Shown here: positions 31,403-46,430 of the stretch, piece by piece
Position numbering within the stretch: position 1 is the stretch's first letter
How the letters are laid out: every line of letters begins with the position of its first letter
Notes under the pieces: generated by a model
Database searches by the model: none
Seen by the model: only the letters and a program-made list of their open reading frames with translations
What the model was told of the DNA's origin: nothing
Translations under genes and position numbers: made by a program
Assembly: GCF_009914755.1 (NCBI RefSeq)
Contig: NC_060942.1
Direction: 5' to 3' (one strand)
Length of the DNA stretch: 64,000 nucleotides
DNA from: the human T2T-CHM13v2.0 reference genome, Homo sapiens

Positions 31403-34400
31403 TTTGCTAGAAAGTAGTCATTTAAATAATGTAATGTGACCACTTTGGAAATCAGATCCCTTCCTCCTCAGAGTTTACTTTTGTTGATGCTGTTTAGTGA
31501 CTATTCTGAATGTATTTTGTAACGTCTGTATTCTTTGTCATGTGTGGCGACTAACGTCACTGCTTACTTTGAAAAGTGGAAGACACATATTTCTTCAAAT
31601 GCCTTGAACCAGTGTCCATAGCATTTGTCAAGGGGCTCTGTTGCATTGTGGAATGTGCTTCATCAGGCAGTTATCAACTCTACCTTTACCTTCTTTTTCT
31701 ACCTGTGCAAAGGCTTAATGTTAGCCAGAGATGCTATGGAAGATTATTACCTTTTCAGATTTCTCCCTTCATTCACACAGCCCTGTGCATGTGTGTTTGC
31801 TTTTAGATTTCTGGAGTATGTTGGAGCTTTTCTAAGCTTGTGTTTCTAATCTTATTCTCATTTTTCCTTTTAAGTTTTTTGGCTAGCCTCTTATTCTCCC
31901 TAACTGGTTTTATGCTCAGACAGCTATGGTGGTAAACAGTTGCTTCTGTGGTTTTTTGTTTGTTTTTTCCATTGCTACTGACAGTTGCCCTGAGGATGGG
32001 GGTTATTCACACACAGTGAGTTGTGAGTCAAGTCAAAGACAAACCCTGAGCATGGAGTGTTTCAGGGATCTTCCAGGTAAGTAGTGGAATTTTTACGGGA
32101 ATGAGGTCTTTGGTGAGTTCCTAACCTGTTTGACCGCTCCTCCTAGCTCCTAGGCTGCTGGTTTTCAGATCTACTCTAGTCATCATTTTGTTGTTTTTCT
32201 GGAGTCTTACGAATCTAGGGAGTTGGGCATGAGACTGGAATAAGTTCAAGTGCCCCAAAGCTTATTGTTGAGTTGGTTTTCTTGAATAGTCTTCATACTC
32301 TTTTCTATTTTTATTTCCAGAGTTGGTAAAAAGTTGCTTTTTCTTGTGTTCTTTTGCTTTTATGGAGGAGCAGATTTTTGGAGGACCTCACTTTCCCATT
32401 CTGGCTGTCCCTCCTCTCATGGTGATTATCTATTTAGGCAAAAATATCTGAAAATGCATTAGACTTCCAATATAGTACTGCCAACCTTTTATTTCTTGAA
32501 ATACAAACAATTTTATTTTAAACTACTTCTTTTAAATTTACTTTATATTTATTGGAGTACTATATTGATCTTTTGGATTTTTGAATTTTGATAGGTTTTA
32601 TTATACATTCACTTAATTTCAGGATAGTAAAGGAGCATTGTACAATAAATGTTGCAGAAGTTATTGTCAGTTTGATAGGGTGAGAGACATTTTTATATTT
32701 TGTGTAGTCTCTTTAGCACTAAAATATTTCTTATACTTGTGCATATTTCTATGCATTTTTTTTATTTAGGTATACCATGAGATTTTAGCTTATATTAGCC
32801 CTTTTCTATATCCCTTAGCACAATTTTTTTTACAAAGCACATTGTCTGAAAATATTTATTAATTGGTTTGATATTACAAGATGTAAAAGTTACATGTTTT
32901 AGAGATATCTAAATAGTTGATCAAATGTTAGAACTTGCTAATAATATTGCTATATATTATTTCACCCATAGATACAAGTTTGCCCCTTTTAATGTAACTT
33001 AGACCCCAACATATAAACCCTAAAATCTTGGAGCTTTTAGGCCTGTTGCTGTTACCTTCATCAGCTCTATAGCCTGGTTGTAATTTATATTATTTCTGAC
33101 TGCTAGAAACTGCTGGGTTCTTTTCATGATTGTGTTTTAAGTTCTTATGAATCATATTCAGTTCTTAAACCACACATTTTTGGTAATTTTGGTATTTTTA
33201 GAGTATATCTAAATTATACATTTGCCACCATGTAAACAATACCAAATAAAATGGGAAATTCAGAAATAATCTGTTTTCATGTATCTGTCTGTATACTTTT
33301 GTCATGTGTAGCTTCTCCTCCAAATTTCAAATTGCTAGTATTTGTAGGAAACTGTTTTGCTTGTAACACAGTGTAAGAAAGTTATAGTCGTAGAAGGGAA
33401 AATCATGGAAGTTATTTATATAGTCAGTCAGTCTCTCTCTCTCTCTTTTAGTTACCTTTTTGCTCTGAAACTTAGGCTTTTCCAGGTAGTTGCTTGACAG
33501 TGTTACCATCCCTCTGCTTGCAAGATATTTACTGTTTATCCTTTCGTAGTACCATAGAGATCTCAAATATAATTTAGGAAACAATGTCTGGTCTGTACAT
33601 GCCAAGTCAGGGGTTGACTTCTCAGTTACTTTGGAACTCTATAAAATCCTAAAAATTAATAAAGCAAAAAGGTAAAGAAGAGCAAAAAATAAACATATAT
33701 CTTACTTGTGTATGAGTGTATAATGCCTGAAAAATGAATATTTTCTAATTAAAATTATTATGGACTTCCTATTGTAAATGTCGTTTTTAACTTAAAAGTT
33801 TTATTGAAGTATTACATACGGAAATCTGTACATATTTGAAATGTATGATTTGATGAATTTTAATACATATTTAGACATATGTGTATGTATTCTCCATGAA
33901 ACCTTTACCTCAAACAAGATTATGATTATACCCATTACTGCCCCGAATTCCCATTTTTTCCATTGTAATCCATCCTTCCTGCCACTCTCTGCCATCCCTA
34001 TGCAACTGCTGATCTGCTTTCTGCCATTATTAGCTTGCATTTTTAGAGTTCTTTGTGAATGGAATGATATAGTTTGGAATTTTTCTTGTCAGTCTTTTTT
34101 TTTTTAAAATCATCATAGCTGCTTTTAGATTTTAGATTTTTTCTTTTTTGTTGTTGTTGTATATTGATAGTTAATTCCTCATTATTGCTGAGCAGAATTA
34201 CATTGTTTCTTTATCCCTTTGTTTATCCATTCTCCTTTCTATAGATGTCTGAATTATTTCTCTTTTTTGGATATTTGAAATTATGCTGTTATGATGAACA
34301 TTTGTAAACAAGTTTTGTATGGCCATAGCCCTACATTTCTCTTGGGTAAATACCTAAATCTAAAGTGATTGGATTTTAGGATAGCTGTATGTTTAAGGTT

Positions 34401-34588
34401 TTACCAGAGAATAGTACCAGTTTACATATCCACCAGAAGAGTTTTAACTTTCCTATTTTTCTACGTAAACTTCCCAAAGCTTGCAATTGTTAGTCTGTCT
34501 GGTTTTAGCCATTTTTATTAGATAAGTAGAGGAATCTCTTGGTGATTTAATTTGCATGTCCCTAATGATTTTGAGCATCTTCTTAGGA

Positions 34589-34621
<33 letters not shown>

Positions 34622-35033
34622 CATGTGTATTTCTTCTTTGGTGAAGGGTCTATGAAAAAAATCTTTTGTCTATTTAAAAAATTGTGTTGTTTGTTTTCTT
34701 CTTATTGAGCATGGGATTTCTTTTTGTATGCTAGAGATAAGCTTTTTATTAAACATATGATTTGCAAGTATTTTGTCCTAGTCTGTGGCTTAATTCTCTT
34801 TAGAAGGGGAGAATTAAAAAATTTCCATGTAGTCTAATTTATACATTTTTTCTTTAATGAGTTTTGCTTTTTGTGTAATATCCCAGAAATCTTTACCTAG
34901 ATGAAGGTTACAACTTTTTTTCTTATATTTTATTTTAGAAGTTTAATGGTTTTAGGTATTATATTTACGGTCTGTGATTCATATGAATGAGTTTCTACTA
35001 CAAGTGTGTAAGGTATAAAATGAAGGTAGTTAA

Positions 35034-35483
<450 letters not shown>

Positions 35484-35843
35484 TCATGTTTGCTTTGTTT
35501 GCAATTCGTTGACCTTTTTTGATTTGTGAGTTTATAGTCTTCATTACACTTGGAATTTTTTTGCCCATTATTTCTTCAACTACTTCCCTGTTCCACCTTG
35601 TATTTTTGGACATTCCAATGATACCATTTGAAATTGGCCAACAACTAATTTGTTTTCATTTTTAAAAACCTATGTTCTGTTTGTGCTTTTTTTGTGTGTG
35701 TTTTCTATTCCTTTTTATTCAAGGTCACTATTCTTCTGGATGTCTAATATGTCATTAAGCTCATCTAATGAATTTTTTTATCTCATGTGTTTTATTTCTA
35801 GACATGTGGTTTGGATTTTTAAAAAATATCTTCCATCTCTCTA

Positions 35844-36573
35844 CAGTCGATCCTCTGTATCCTTGGGTTCTACTTTTGTGGATTCTACCAACTGCTGGTC
35901 AGAAATACTTGAAAAATACAAAAATAATACAACCCTAGAAATTAAAAAGCAATACAATAAAACAACTATTTATGTAGCTTTTAGATTGTGTTAAGTATTG
36001 TAAGTAATCTAGAGATGATCTAAAGTATATGGGAGGATGTGCATAGGTTATGTGCAAAAGCAGTTGCCCCTTGAACAATGTGGAAGTGAGGGGCTCCAAC
36101 CTCCCTTGCAGGTGAAAATCTGTGTATAACTTTAACTGCCCCCAGACTCAACTACTAGTAGCCTACTGTTGACCAGAAGCCTTACTGATAACATAAACAA
36201 CCAGTTAATAAATATTGTATATATTACTCTATTCTTTAAGCTTGATAAAAGAAATTGTTATTAAGAAAATCATAAGAAATAGGTGTATTATTTATTAAGT
36301 GGAAGTGAATCCTTATAAAAGTCTTCATTCTCATTATCTTCACATTAAGTAGGCTGAGGAGAAGGAAAGCAGGAGGGTTTGGTCTTCCTGTCTCAGGGGT
36401 GGCAGAGGTGGAAGAAAATCATAGTAAAAGTGGACCCACACAGTTCCAATTCTTGTTGTTCAAGGGTCATCTATACTACATTATTTTTATATAAGGGACT
36501 TGAGCATGGATGGAGTTTGGTATCTGCAGAGGGTTCCTAGAACCAATTCCCCAGGAATACCAAGGGACGGGTG
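35844..36573 (+). mobile_element. MER2 (TcMar-Tigger) split by Tigger2a
   Basis: TA|cagtcgatcctctgtatcc...ataggttatgtgcaaa [insertion] tactacattatttttatataagggacttgagcat...gaataccaagggacgggtg|TA. Confidence 0.85.
36061..36473 (+). mobile_element. Tigger2a (MER28-like), full length
   Basis: TIR-like ends cagttgccccttgaacaa ... ttgttcaagggtcatcta. Interior actactagtagcctactgttgaccagaagccttac. Confidence 0.85.
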
Positions 36574-37349
36574 TACTTATCTTTTGATTATGTTTTGTGT
36601 ATTTATAGTAATTGTTTTATTGTTCCCTAATTTTAATATCTTTGTTCATTCTGGGTTGGTTGTATTTGATTGATTTTTCTCCTTATTATTGTTCATATTT
36701 TTACACTTCTTTGCATGCCTGGTAATTTTTTCATTGAATTCTAGACATTGTTAATTTTACTTTGTTGTTTCTGTTTATTTTGTAGTTCAATAAATATTCT
36801 TGACCCTTGTTCTGAGATTGCAGTTAATTTACATGAAAATGATTTTTTTGCTTTGCTTTTAAGCAGGATCAGAACAGTGCTCAGTGTAGGATTAGTTGTC
36901 TCTACTTCTGAGACAGAACTTGCTGTGTGCCCCTTGAGCCCGCAGGTCTCTCAAGTCTGGCTGATGGGAGCCTGTGTGAGCCCAAACACTATTTTTTTCT
37001 TTCTGTGTTTTGTCGTGCTCTCATGTAGCTTCTTCATATATATGTGACTTGATCAATAATCGCTGAATCCTCCATGCACTCTTCCCATGATCTTTAGAGT
37101 TCTGTCTCTATTGGGGTCTCACCTCTCTGCCCTGTGCATTCCAGCTGCCTGGCCTCCCTGTGTTCTCCTAGCTGCAGCTCTGTTTCTCACCTCGTTACAC
37201 TGTCTGACACCTGGCTCTTTGAGATCATTGTCTTTCTTTACCTGATGTGCTATTTCTTAAAAGTTGTTATTTCATACATTTTTTGGATTTTTTTTTAATC
37301 AATGGGAAGGATAAAACTGGTTCTGATTACTCTATCTTCTAAACCCCAA

Positions 37350-37399
37350 ATCAGTCAGGATTCACTCAGACATTTAGAGCCACTGTGATATACGCATAT

Positions 37400-37431
<32 letters not shown>

Positions 37432-38270
37432 CTGTGTCTGTGTGTCTGTGTGTGTGTGGCTGTGTGAATAAAGTTAATATACTTGTTACAGAAATTTGGT
37501 CTCATGCAACAATGGGAGCTTTTTAACTAGTCTCTGTAAGGCGTTGTCATCACATCTGATGTTGGACCTTGAAACCCACAGGGCAGGCAGTTGAGAAGTG
37601 AGGAGGGATGTGACATGAGGGAGAATGAGAACTTGGGGGACCCACAGGCATGAGTGGGAGCTCATAGCCTTGGACAGTGGTGGTATGGGATTCCACAGAA
37701 GCTGGGTCCCATCCTATGCTTCTTAAACTTACCCATGAGGTTCAGGAGTCAGAGAAGCTGATGTAGAAGCTTTCCCAGGATTGTGGAGAGTGGTCAAAGG
37801 TTTGGTTGTTGTCTTGTGATGATGAGATGATCTATGTGGCAATGCCTGCGCGCTATGGTTTCACATCTGCCCTGCTTATTTCATACTGGTATTTCTCTGC
37901 TGGCTTTCCTTAACCAGCTACATCTAGGGAAGCAAATTCTAGGAAATGGAATTTGGCTAAGCCAAGTTGTCATGTTACTGAGCCCCATCTTTGTAAGGCG
38001 TATTTAATCTCTAACTAAAGAAAAAAAGAAGATACACTTCTAGCCAACATGATGTACATGTTCAGTACACAATCAACAACATGCTAGCCTATTACCAAAA
38101 GGGAATACACTAGCCATGTTTTGTTTTTAGGGTTATTCGTTCTTCAATTTACATTTTCTCTTTGCTGCCTGTAGCTTTTAAAATGAGTTCTAAAGATAAC
38201 ATCGTTAACACATATTATTTTAGATGATAAGGGGACTAAAACTGGGAAATAAACTAATCCCAACAATTTT
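37350..38270 (-). mobile_element. ERVL-class LTR (MLT2-like), probably with adjoining internal sequence
   Basis: agtcaggattcactcaga...(TG)n...aatttggtctcatgcaacaatgggagc...ttctaggaaatggaatttggctaagccaagttgtca. An internal dinucleotide tract is typical of MLT2 LTRs. Subfamily is uncertain. Confidence 0.45.
37405..37457. repeat. (TG)n microsatellite with TC interruptions
   Basis: Read directly. Confidence 0.9.
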
Positions 38271-38282
38271 TATTTTTTTAAA

Positions 38283-38587
<305 letters not shown>

Positions 38588-38923
38588 TGACTTCGTTATT
38601 ATTAAAAAGATTCCTGAGTCTTTCTTATTTTAATAGATTCACTTAGTTTATTACAAATTGTTATAGGAAAGTAATTCAACCGTAATTCTTCTTAATTGAT
38701 AACTTCTGCATCTCGCCAATGTTGCGGTAATTGATGATGATGATCTTCCGGAAGCACTGCATGTTTTTCATATACCTGCTGAATATTACAGATTATATTC
38801 TGTTCTATATACAGATTATATTCTGTTTTATAAACTTTTATTATTAAGTGCATCCTATTGTGTTCTAATTTTTGTATAATTGTATTTCATGGAAAATATT
38901 TATCTTAACTCTAATATATGTAA

Positions 38924-39331
<408 letters not shown>

Positions 39332-40359
39332 CCTGAGTTCTCATTTTTTGTTTCAAAATAATTTAATATATTTTCTCTGCATATATATATTGAATGTGTA
39401 TGGTGGGTACCTTCAATTCATTTTCACATAAATTACAACTTGAATATACCTATTTGCCAAATAGTATTTTTAAAGCATTAAATGAAGAAGTCTTATTTTT
39501 TAAAAGTACCCTTAAGCCAGAGTCCTTGCACTAGTCTTGGAAGTAGAGCTGTTGGACAGGTTGGCACATCTCGCCTGCAAGCTCCTTGATTACCCAAGAA
39601 CATTTCTCCCTGATGTTCAGTCAAGTATGGAGTGCTGGTCAGTTTAGGCTCAGCTATTCCTAGATCCCTCTTAGACAAGATTGGAAACAGGTGTTGGTTT
39701 TCATTGACTCATTGATGTCTGCTGCATTACATGTGATCGTAGTGTCAATTTACATAAAATATCAGGGAAGAAATTTGAAGACAAATTACATGTAAATGTG
39801 GAAATCCCTTTTTTGGTGGATTTATTGATTGGTGTTTTATTCCTTGACAGGAACACCCTCATGTGTTTTAGCTCCTGCACATTTAATCAATAAGGACAAT
39901 ACCAGAATTATATGCTTGGATAGGAAAACTCTTAATTTATTAATAGCCATAATTCTTTGAGACTTACTGAATTTCTTGAAATACCTAGGAATTTTACTCT
40001 AGACTTCTGTATACTGTATATAGATAGATAGATTTTTCTTACACCGTTGTTATATTCCAGTAGGCCTCAATTTTCTCATTTATAAGTTGAGGCTAGTAAT
40101 ACCGTAATGTGTATCTACTACAGTTGTGGTTTTATCTTCAATAATCCGCATTAAACATTTATTACCCTCTTTGGCCATAGTGTTCTCTCACTAATATGCT
40201 AAATTTCATCACTATTTATTTTTAATATTTGCATGGCCCTCTTTTATCCTGGAAGGATGAAAATGATATTTATAGAGTCCTGTCAGCCAGTGCAATGCTA
40301 CAGTGTGTGTTCTGTCTGCCATCCTTCCTCTTGTCTTTGGGGTCCTCTTCTTAGTCATG

Positions 40360-40575
40360 GTCATCGTCGTCATTGTCATCATTATCATCATCATTGCAGT
40401 GGGCTAACAATTCCAGAGGACTTACTGTGCTAGGCACTACAGTAAGTCTTCGCCTTACCTCATCTCATTTAATCTTCATAGCAACCCTAGGGAAGAGAGA
40501 TAATGTCCTTATCCAGTCATAGGGAAGGCCCAGATTCAGCCCAAGTTTCTTTGACATCAGGCTTTGCCCTGACCC
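40360..40575 (-). mobile_element. MIR fragment preceded by an imperfect (TCA)n tract
   Basis: cttactgtgctaggcact...catctcatttaatcttcatagcaaccct is the reverse-oriented MIR core. Confidence 0.65.
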
Positions 40576-41321
40576 TCAGTGATATTCTTTTATGGCCTAC
40601 TGTCAAATGATTTAATATACCAAGCACATCTGTGTGTGTATTTTAATTCCTGTTGACTGTGTTAGCACTTTGCATTCTCAGGTTACTATCTTACATTAAC
40701 AGAAGGCCCCACCAATGTTTTACCTCCTTCAGAAGAGTTGAGGTAGCTCTAGGCAAAGGGTTCTTTACAGAGCTGTTTTTGAAAGTTTCCAATGAGTATC
40801 TCTTATGATAAGTACCTCTTTGGCTCATACTGTCTTTGTACATGATAACCATTCATAAACATGTCTCATAGAGTTTGTTTTTGATTCCCCTGCTGGAGAT
40901 TTCAATTGGTCATGGCAATTCCCATTTTATAGTTTATCACTAATACAGTTGTTTACAAAATTCATTGTATTTTTTAAAACAATTCAGACATTAATGATCT
41001 CATTTCGTCTCACATGTCATGTTTAACTTAACCAAGGCCATGTTGGCCTAGACTAGATGCAGGTTTTTGCATGTGGGATGCAAGCGCCTAGACTAGATGC
41101 GGGTTTTCAACTCTAGACTGGAGCATTTTTCACTGAACTTCTACTATCTGTGTCTCAAACTCAAAAATAATATACACTTTCATCACTGATTTACTTAGTT
41201 GTTGGAAAATAACTTTGTAATTGAAAAATAATGCAGCAGACACCTGAAACTAGGCCTATACCTGACTGAAGTTTATAAGAGGGAGAGAGACACAGGACAG
41301 TTGAGGGGTGAGTGTGGTCTG

Positions 41322-41480
41322 TGGGCTTTGAGGAGACAGCCTGGGGCACATTCTGACTCTGCCACTTAGGAGCTTGCAGTCTTTGGGGGCTTAATGGATA
41401 TGCACCTCAGGTTTTTCATCTGGAAAATGAGATGTGGTGAGGGTTAGGTAAGTTGGTTCACATGAAGCATACAACAAAAC
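41322..41480 (+). mobile_element. MIR fragment
   Basis: gctttgaggagacagcctggg...ctctgccactta...cctcaggtttttcatctggaaaatgag. Confidence 0.65.
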
Positions 41481-41486
41481 TTGGAA

Positions 41487-41796
<310 letters not shown>

Positions 41797-44595
41797 TCAA
41801 AAAACAAACAAAAGCTACAGAACAACCCAGAGCTTGGCAGTCTCCCTCTTTTCCAACGAAAAAAAACAAGAATAAAATAACCTTAATGCTTTTATTATTA
41901 AGAACCTGGTTAATATTTGGAAGTCTACAATGTACTCTTAATGTCTTGAAGTATAATATTATTTACAGTTCTTAGAATAGTTAAATCTTCATATGGACCC
42001 TCATTAAGTGGCAATGGAATTGACCCTTGAAATAAAGCAGTACAACCTTGCTGAATAGCTTCATTTGCTCCGGGAAATTGTGGGTAGGTGTGTGTTTGTA
42101 TGCATGTGTGTGTGGGGTGTGTATATGTTTATCAAATAAGCTCTCAGATTCTTGAACATTTATGTGTGTTGTAGCTAGCATTTTATAATATCTAAAAGGT
42201 TACTGCAGTTTTTCTGTATGCAGAATGCCTATTCTCAGGAGAGGTGTGAAATTTAAGAAAAGTTTATTTCTTATGAATAAGCAAAAAATTCTAACTTTTG
42301 TCTCTTCATAGAGATTTTCATTAAATATAATAGCATTTATTTTCAAGGACCAGCAGAGTCATCCAGGAAAATAATAATTATAAAGAATTTTCAGATATTT
42401 TAAATTTTAGAATGTTGGTAATTTGTATTTGAAACAAGTTGCTTGATATAAAATTACAAGGGTACATTTCACATGTGAAAATGGTGGATTCTGTATGGTA
42501 ATTAAAACCAAAAGCGGTATAACATTCAAGGGAATTGTGTCAGAATATATTTGAGAAATAAAGATAATTATTTTGGCCTATCAATGATTTGGTAAGAGTT
42601 TAAGAAATATAATTATTAAATGTTATGTAACACCTGTTAACTTATGAATTTTGGAGTAAACAAATTTCATATAATCATAGTTTTCCCCCTTTGTTTGTAA
42701 GGTAAATTTCTGACAGATTTGAATACCTTTGAACTGCAGGTTTTTCCGTATTGTTTATTTAACATGCTCATTAATAGGTAAGAGAAGTAGGTGAGAAAAA
42801 TTCTTTCCTGAAGTCTTGATTAAACAATATAATATGAACCTGCTTACAAACATATTTAGGATGTTAGATAATGTATTTCATCTTATATGTTATAAAAATG
42901 AAGTCTTTAATAATTAATTTCAGTTTTATTTTATATTATCTAACATATTTTACATGTTAACAACAAATTATAGTATGCCCCAGGTTTCTGACACTTTAAA
43001 AATAAAATATATTTATTTTGATTTTGTTTATGATAAAACTGGTGCAATCTATCTCAATTGGCTGTTCTTTAAGAAATGATCATCTTTATTTTTAAGCATA
43101 ATTATTCTTGATAACTGATTGTGTGGTATTTATTTTTGTCTGACTTGTTTCATAGGTCATTAATTTTTAGTTTTTCTCTTCATCATATAAGTATTTTCTT
43201 TTAAAAATATTGTGTATACTTAATCCCAGCAAATCTTAAAAAAAAATCTCTATGCTTATATCAATTACTAGATTTGTCATTCATTAGCTTGGATAATTCA
43301 CATTCATTTAGGAAAGTAATGTAGTGGTTTTATTTTTGAACAGTTTTATTTCAGTAGTAGTTTCATTTTTCTTACTTTCTATGAGGCTATAATCTTTCAT
43401 TAGGCAAGAAGTATGGAGTGGTGGAGAGACTTCTGTATAAAGGTCACCAGGCATGAATTCTACTTTTGCATTTTCAGCTTCTTTGCCCCATTTTCTTGAA
43501 AAAGTCAAAGTCACTTATCTTGTCTGAGCCCCACTTTCGTCCTCTTTCAGGGTGATCTGATTATGCCCAAACTGCATGCTCATACACTCTTGGGTAGCCA
43601 TTGAGGAGACATATAAAACTGTTGTATAAACTATACATCTGTAACTATAAGCAATATATTATTTGTTGCTTTTTTAAATTACAGATTTTACTTATAGAAA
43701 AACAACCCTATAAATCATCTAAATCTAAATCCCATGTCAGAGTGAATTTGGTTGATGTTGGCTTCTTTTCATGTATATATTTGTTCATGTATATGTCAGA
43801 ATACAAGAATAAACACACATAGGATTTGTTGTATGTAGTATTTTTTGTCCTTTTAAAATCTAAGCTATCATGAGCAGCTTTCTATATTTTCAGTTGATGC
43901 ATAATATTATACCATGATTGTGCCAATGCTATTGAACTTTTAGGTTGCTTTCACTTTTCAGTTGGATTGTAGCTTTTTATCTTTTATTTCATATTATTTT
44001 TGGAGTGCATATTTCAGCAGTTAGAATACCTGATTTTGAATGACTGTTGAAGACTATTATTTGTTTGCTTAAGATTTGGTGCTTATCCAGTTCAGAAGGG
44101 AATTATAACAGGTTTTTGAGCTGAGGCATGACCTGAACATATTTATAGGAAGGTGTGTCACGGGGGTATGTGGAGTGAATTGTATGGGAGAGTGCCTTGT
44201 AGCTGTGGTACTCAGACATAATGGTTTGAACTAGTTCATTTAAAATGGAAAAAGAAAAGTCTTGGTAGCAAAAAATTATGAAGAAACAATTGATGATGTA
44301 TGAACATGAGTATAAGATTACTAAATCGGGAAGGTGGTACAATTGATAGAATTCAGAAATTCTGCAGGAGATCATTAGCGTGGAACAATCATGACTGAAT
44401 GTTGGACGTGCTTTACAATATTGTCAATGCAGACAAGAAAAAATATCCTGGAAAGGCCATGGGTGGAAATAAATATTTTAGTGTCATCCACAAGGAGGTT
44501 ATGCTTGAAGCCCAGGAAATAAATTATACCTTTGAAATATGAATGTATATGAACAAATATATCACCCTTAGAGGATAAGATGAGGAACGAGAATC

Positions 44596-44934
44596 GACAA
44601 TAGTATGAAAGAGGAAGTGATCAGAAGTGGTTTGGAACTATCAGTAGAAGCCAAGTTATTAGAGAGCTTAAAGAAGAAATTGACAATAGTATGAAAGAGG
44701 AAGTGATCAGAAGTGGTTTGGAACTATCAGTAGAAGCCAAGTTACTAGAGAGCTTAAAGAAGAAATTGACAATAGTATCAAAGAAGAAGTGATCAGAAGT
44801 GGTTTGGAACTATCAGTAGAAGCCAAGTTATTAGAGAGCTTAAAGAAGAGATTGACAATAGTATGAAAGAGGAAGTGATCAAAAGTGGTTTGGAACTATC
44901 AGTGGAAGCCAAGTTACTAGAGAGCTTAAAGAAG
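44596..44934. repeat. 86-bp minisatellite, ~3.9 near-identical copies
   Basis: Unit gacaatagtatgaaagaggaagtgatcagaagtggtttggaactatcagtagaagccaagttattagagagcttaaagaagaaatt starts at 44596, 44682, 44768 and 44854. Confidence 0.97.
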
Positions 44935-45149
44935 TAGTAAGTAACACCTTTACACTAAAGTTTTATGCGAATAATTGTTTGAATAGAATGCTGTCCTGCA
45001 AAAGCTAAAATGTGATTCATTTACAGTAATGTATTTTGTACCACCAGAAAATTTATTATAACACATTTTAGAATAACGAAAAGATATACTGATTGTTGCA
45101 GTGAGCACTCATTTACCAAACGTGGCCATTACAGTTGAAATCCTCTGTG

Positions 45150-46430
45150 TATATTTCCTTCTGTGCCCACAATGTATGTGTTTGTTTGTATATTCATTTA
45201 TTTCCTAGCTTTGTGGATTGAAAGGGCTTAGACTCCATGATACTCCAGTAGCAGTGATCAGAGTTAGCACCCAGGTCTTGCTTTATAAACACCACTACCT
45301 ACTATAAGAAACCAGGACTGATTGCAGGTCTGGAGCATGGACAGTGACTGTTGGGCCTGGAAGGCTGGTTGTACTAGAAAATAAGGAAGAACCCAACAGT
45401 AAGAGAAGTGATGTCAAATAAACATAGTAGCCAACTTTGAAGAGTTTCCACTGGCCAATTTTGGGAAAATTTGAGAATTACAAGACATAATTACGGTAAT
45501 AGATTATAAAATATGGTATAAAATCCAAGAGTCCAGATAAAGTGCTTTAGAAAGAAAGTGAGGGTGAGAGAGTATGTCACAAAAAGATTGGGGAAAATGG
45601 TTAAGTCTCTCTATCAAAGAATGCTAGCTAACTAAAATAGAAGGAATGATAGAACATTGGTATTTTGTAGCCTTCAGAATAATCGAGTTAGGCAAGATTC
45701 ATTAATGGGTGCCTATGCCATTGGGAGAAGGTTGTTAGTGAACAGGATACTCACACAATATCAAAATATCACCTACAGATTACTTAATTACAAATGGCAA
45801 GTAAGTATTTATATTGAAGAAATTTCGAGATTACTACCTTAAACAAATAGTCAAGTTTAGCATAATGGAATGTGAACCTGACGTTACTTTTATCCTGATA
45901 CTATGTAATTGGAAGTACCCAACATTCGTAGGTGATGTTCTTGCCAAAAATGTTTAAACTGAATCAAATCATGAGGAAACAATCAGACATACCATATGTG
46001 GGACATTATTATAAGTTAGGTTACTCAGAGTTTTTGTCACTATACAAATAAAGAAAACGAGGGTAGTTGTAGATGAAAGGAGATGAAGGAGACGTGACGA
46101 AACACAGTGAGTGTGTCTTATAGACTGTGTAGTAGATATTACTGAGTCAGTATTTTCTTGAGTGTGATCTTGATCCACAATGGGTAGAAAAATGTCTTTC
46201 TTTGGAGTTGTGTGCTGAAGTTTTAGGGGAAAAGTGTCATCTCAGTAACTTACTTTAAGATGACCTAAAATAAAGAAAAAGTACATATTAATACATTCTT
46301 AGTGAGAGAGAGCAAGGAAGCAGGCATCCCAAAACGTTAGTGGTGAGCCGGTTTGGAGAGGGTACAAGTATTTCATGTATTGTCTTTTCAACTTTTCCAA
46401 GTCTTAACTTTTTTCAAGAAAGAAGCTAAG
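45150..46430 (+). mobile_element. L1MC-type 3' region
   Basis: tatttcctagct...actccagtagcagtga...agcacccagg...; gatgttcttgccaaaaatgtttaaactgaatc; ends ttttcaacttttcc followed by A-rich sequence. Confidence 0.65.

Noticed and set aside
41047-41107. Short direct repeat gcctagactagatgc(a/g)ggtttt; similar micro-duplications at ~14461, ~30853 and ~38787
   Set aside because: These are ordinary slippage or micro-duplication events with no further structure.
44596-44934. Regular direct repeats resembling a CRISPR array
   Set aside because: The units are contiguous with no unique spacers, the context is a primate intron and there are no cas genes.
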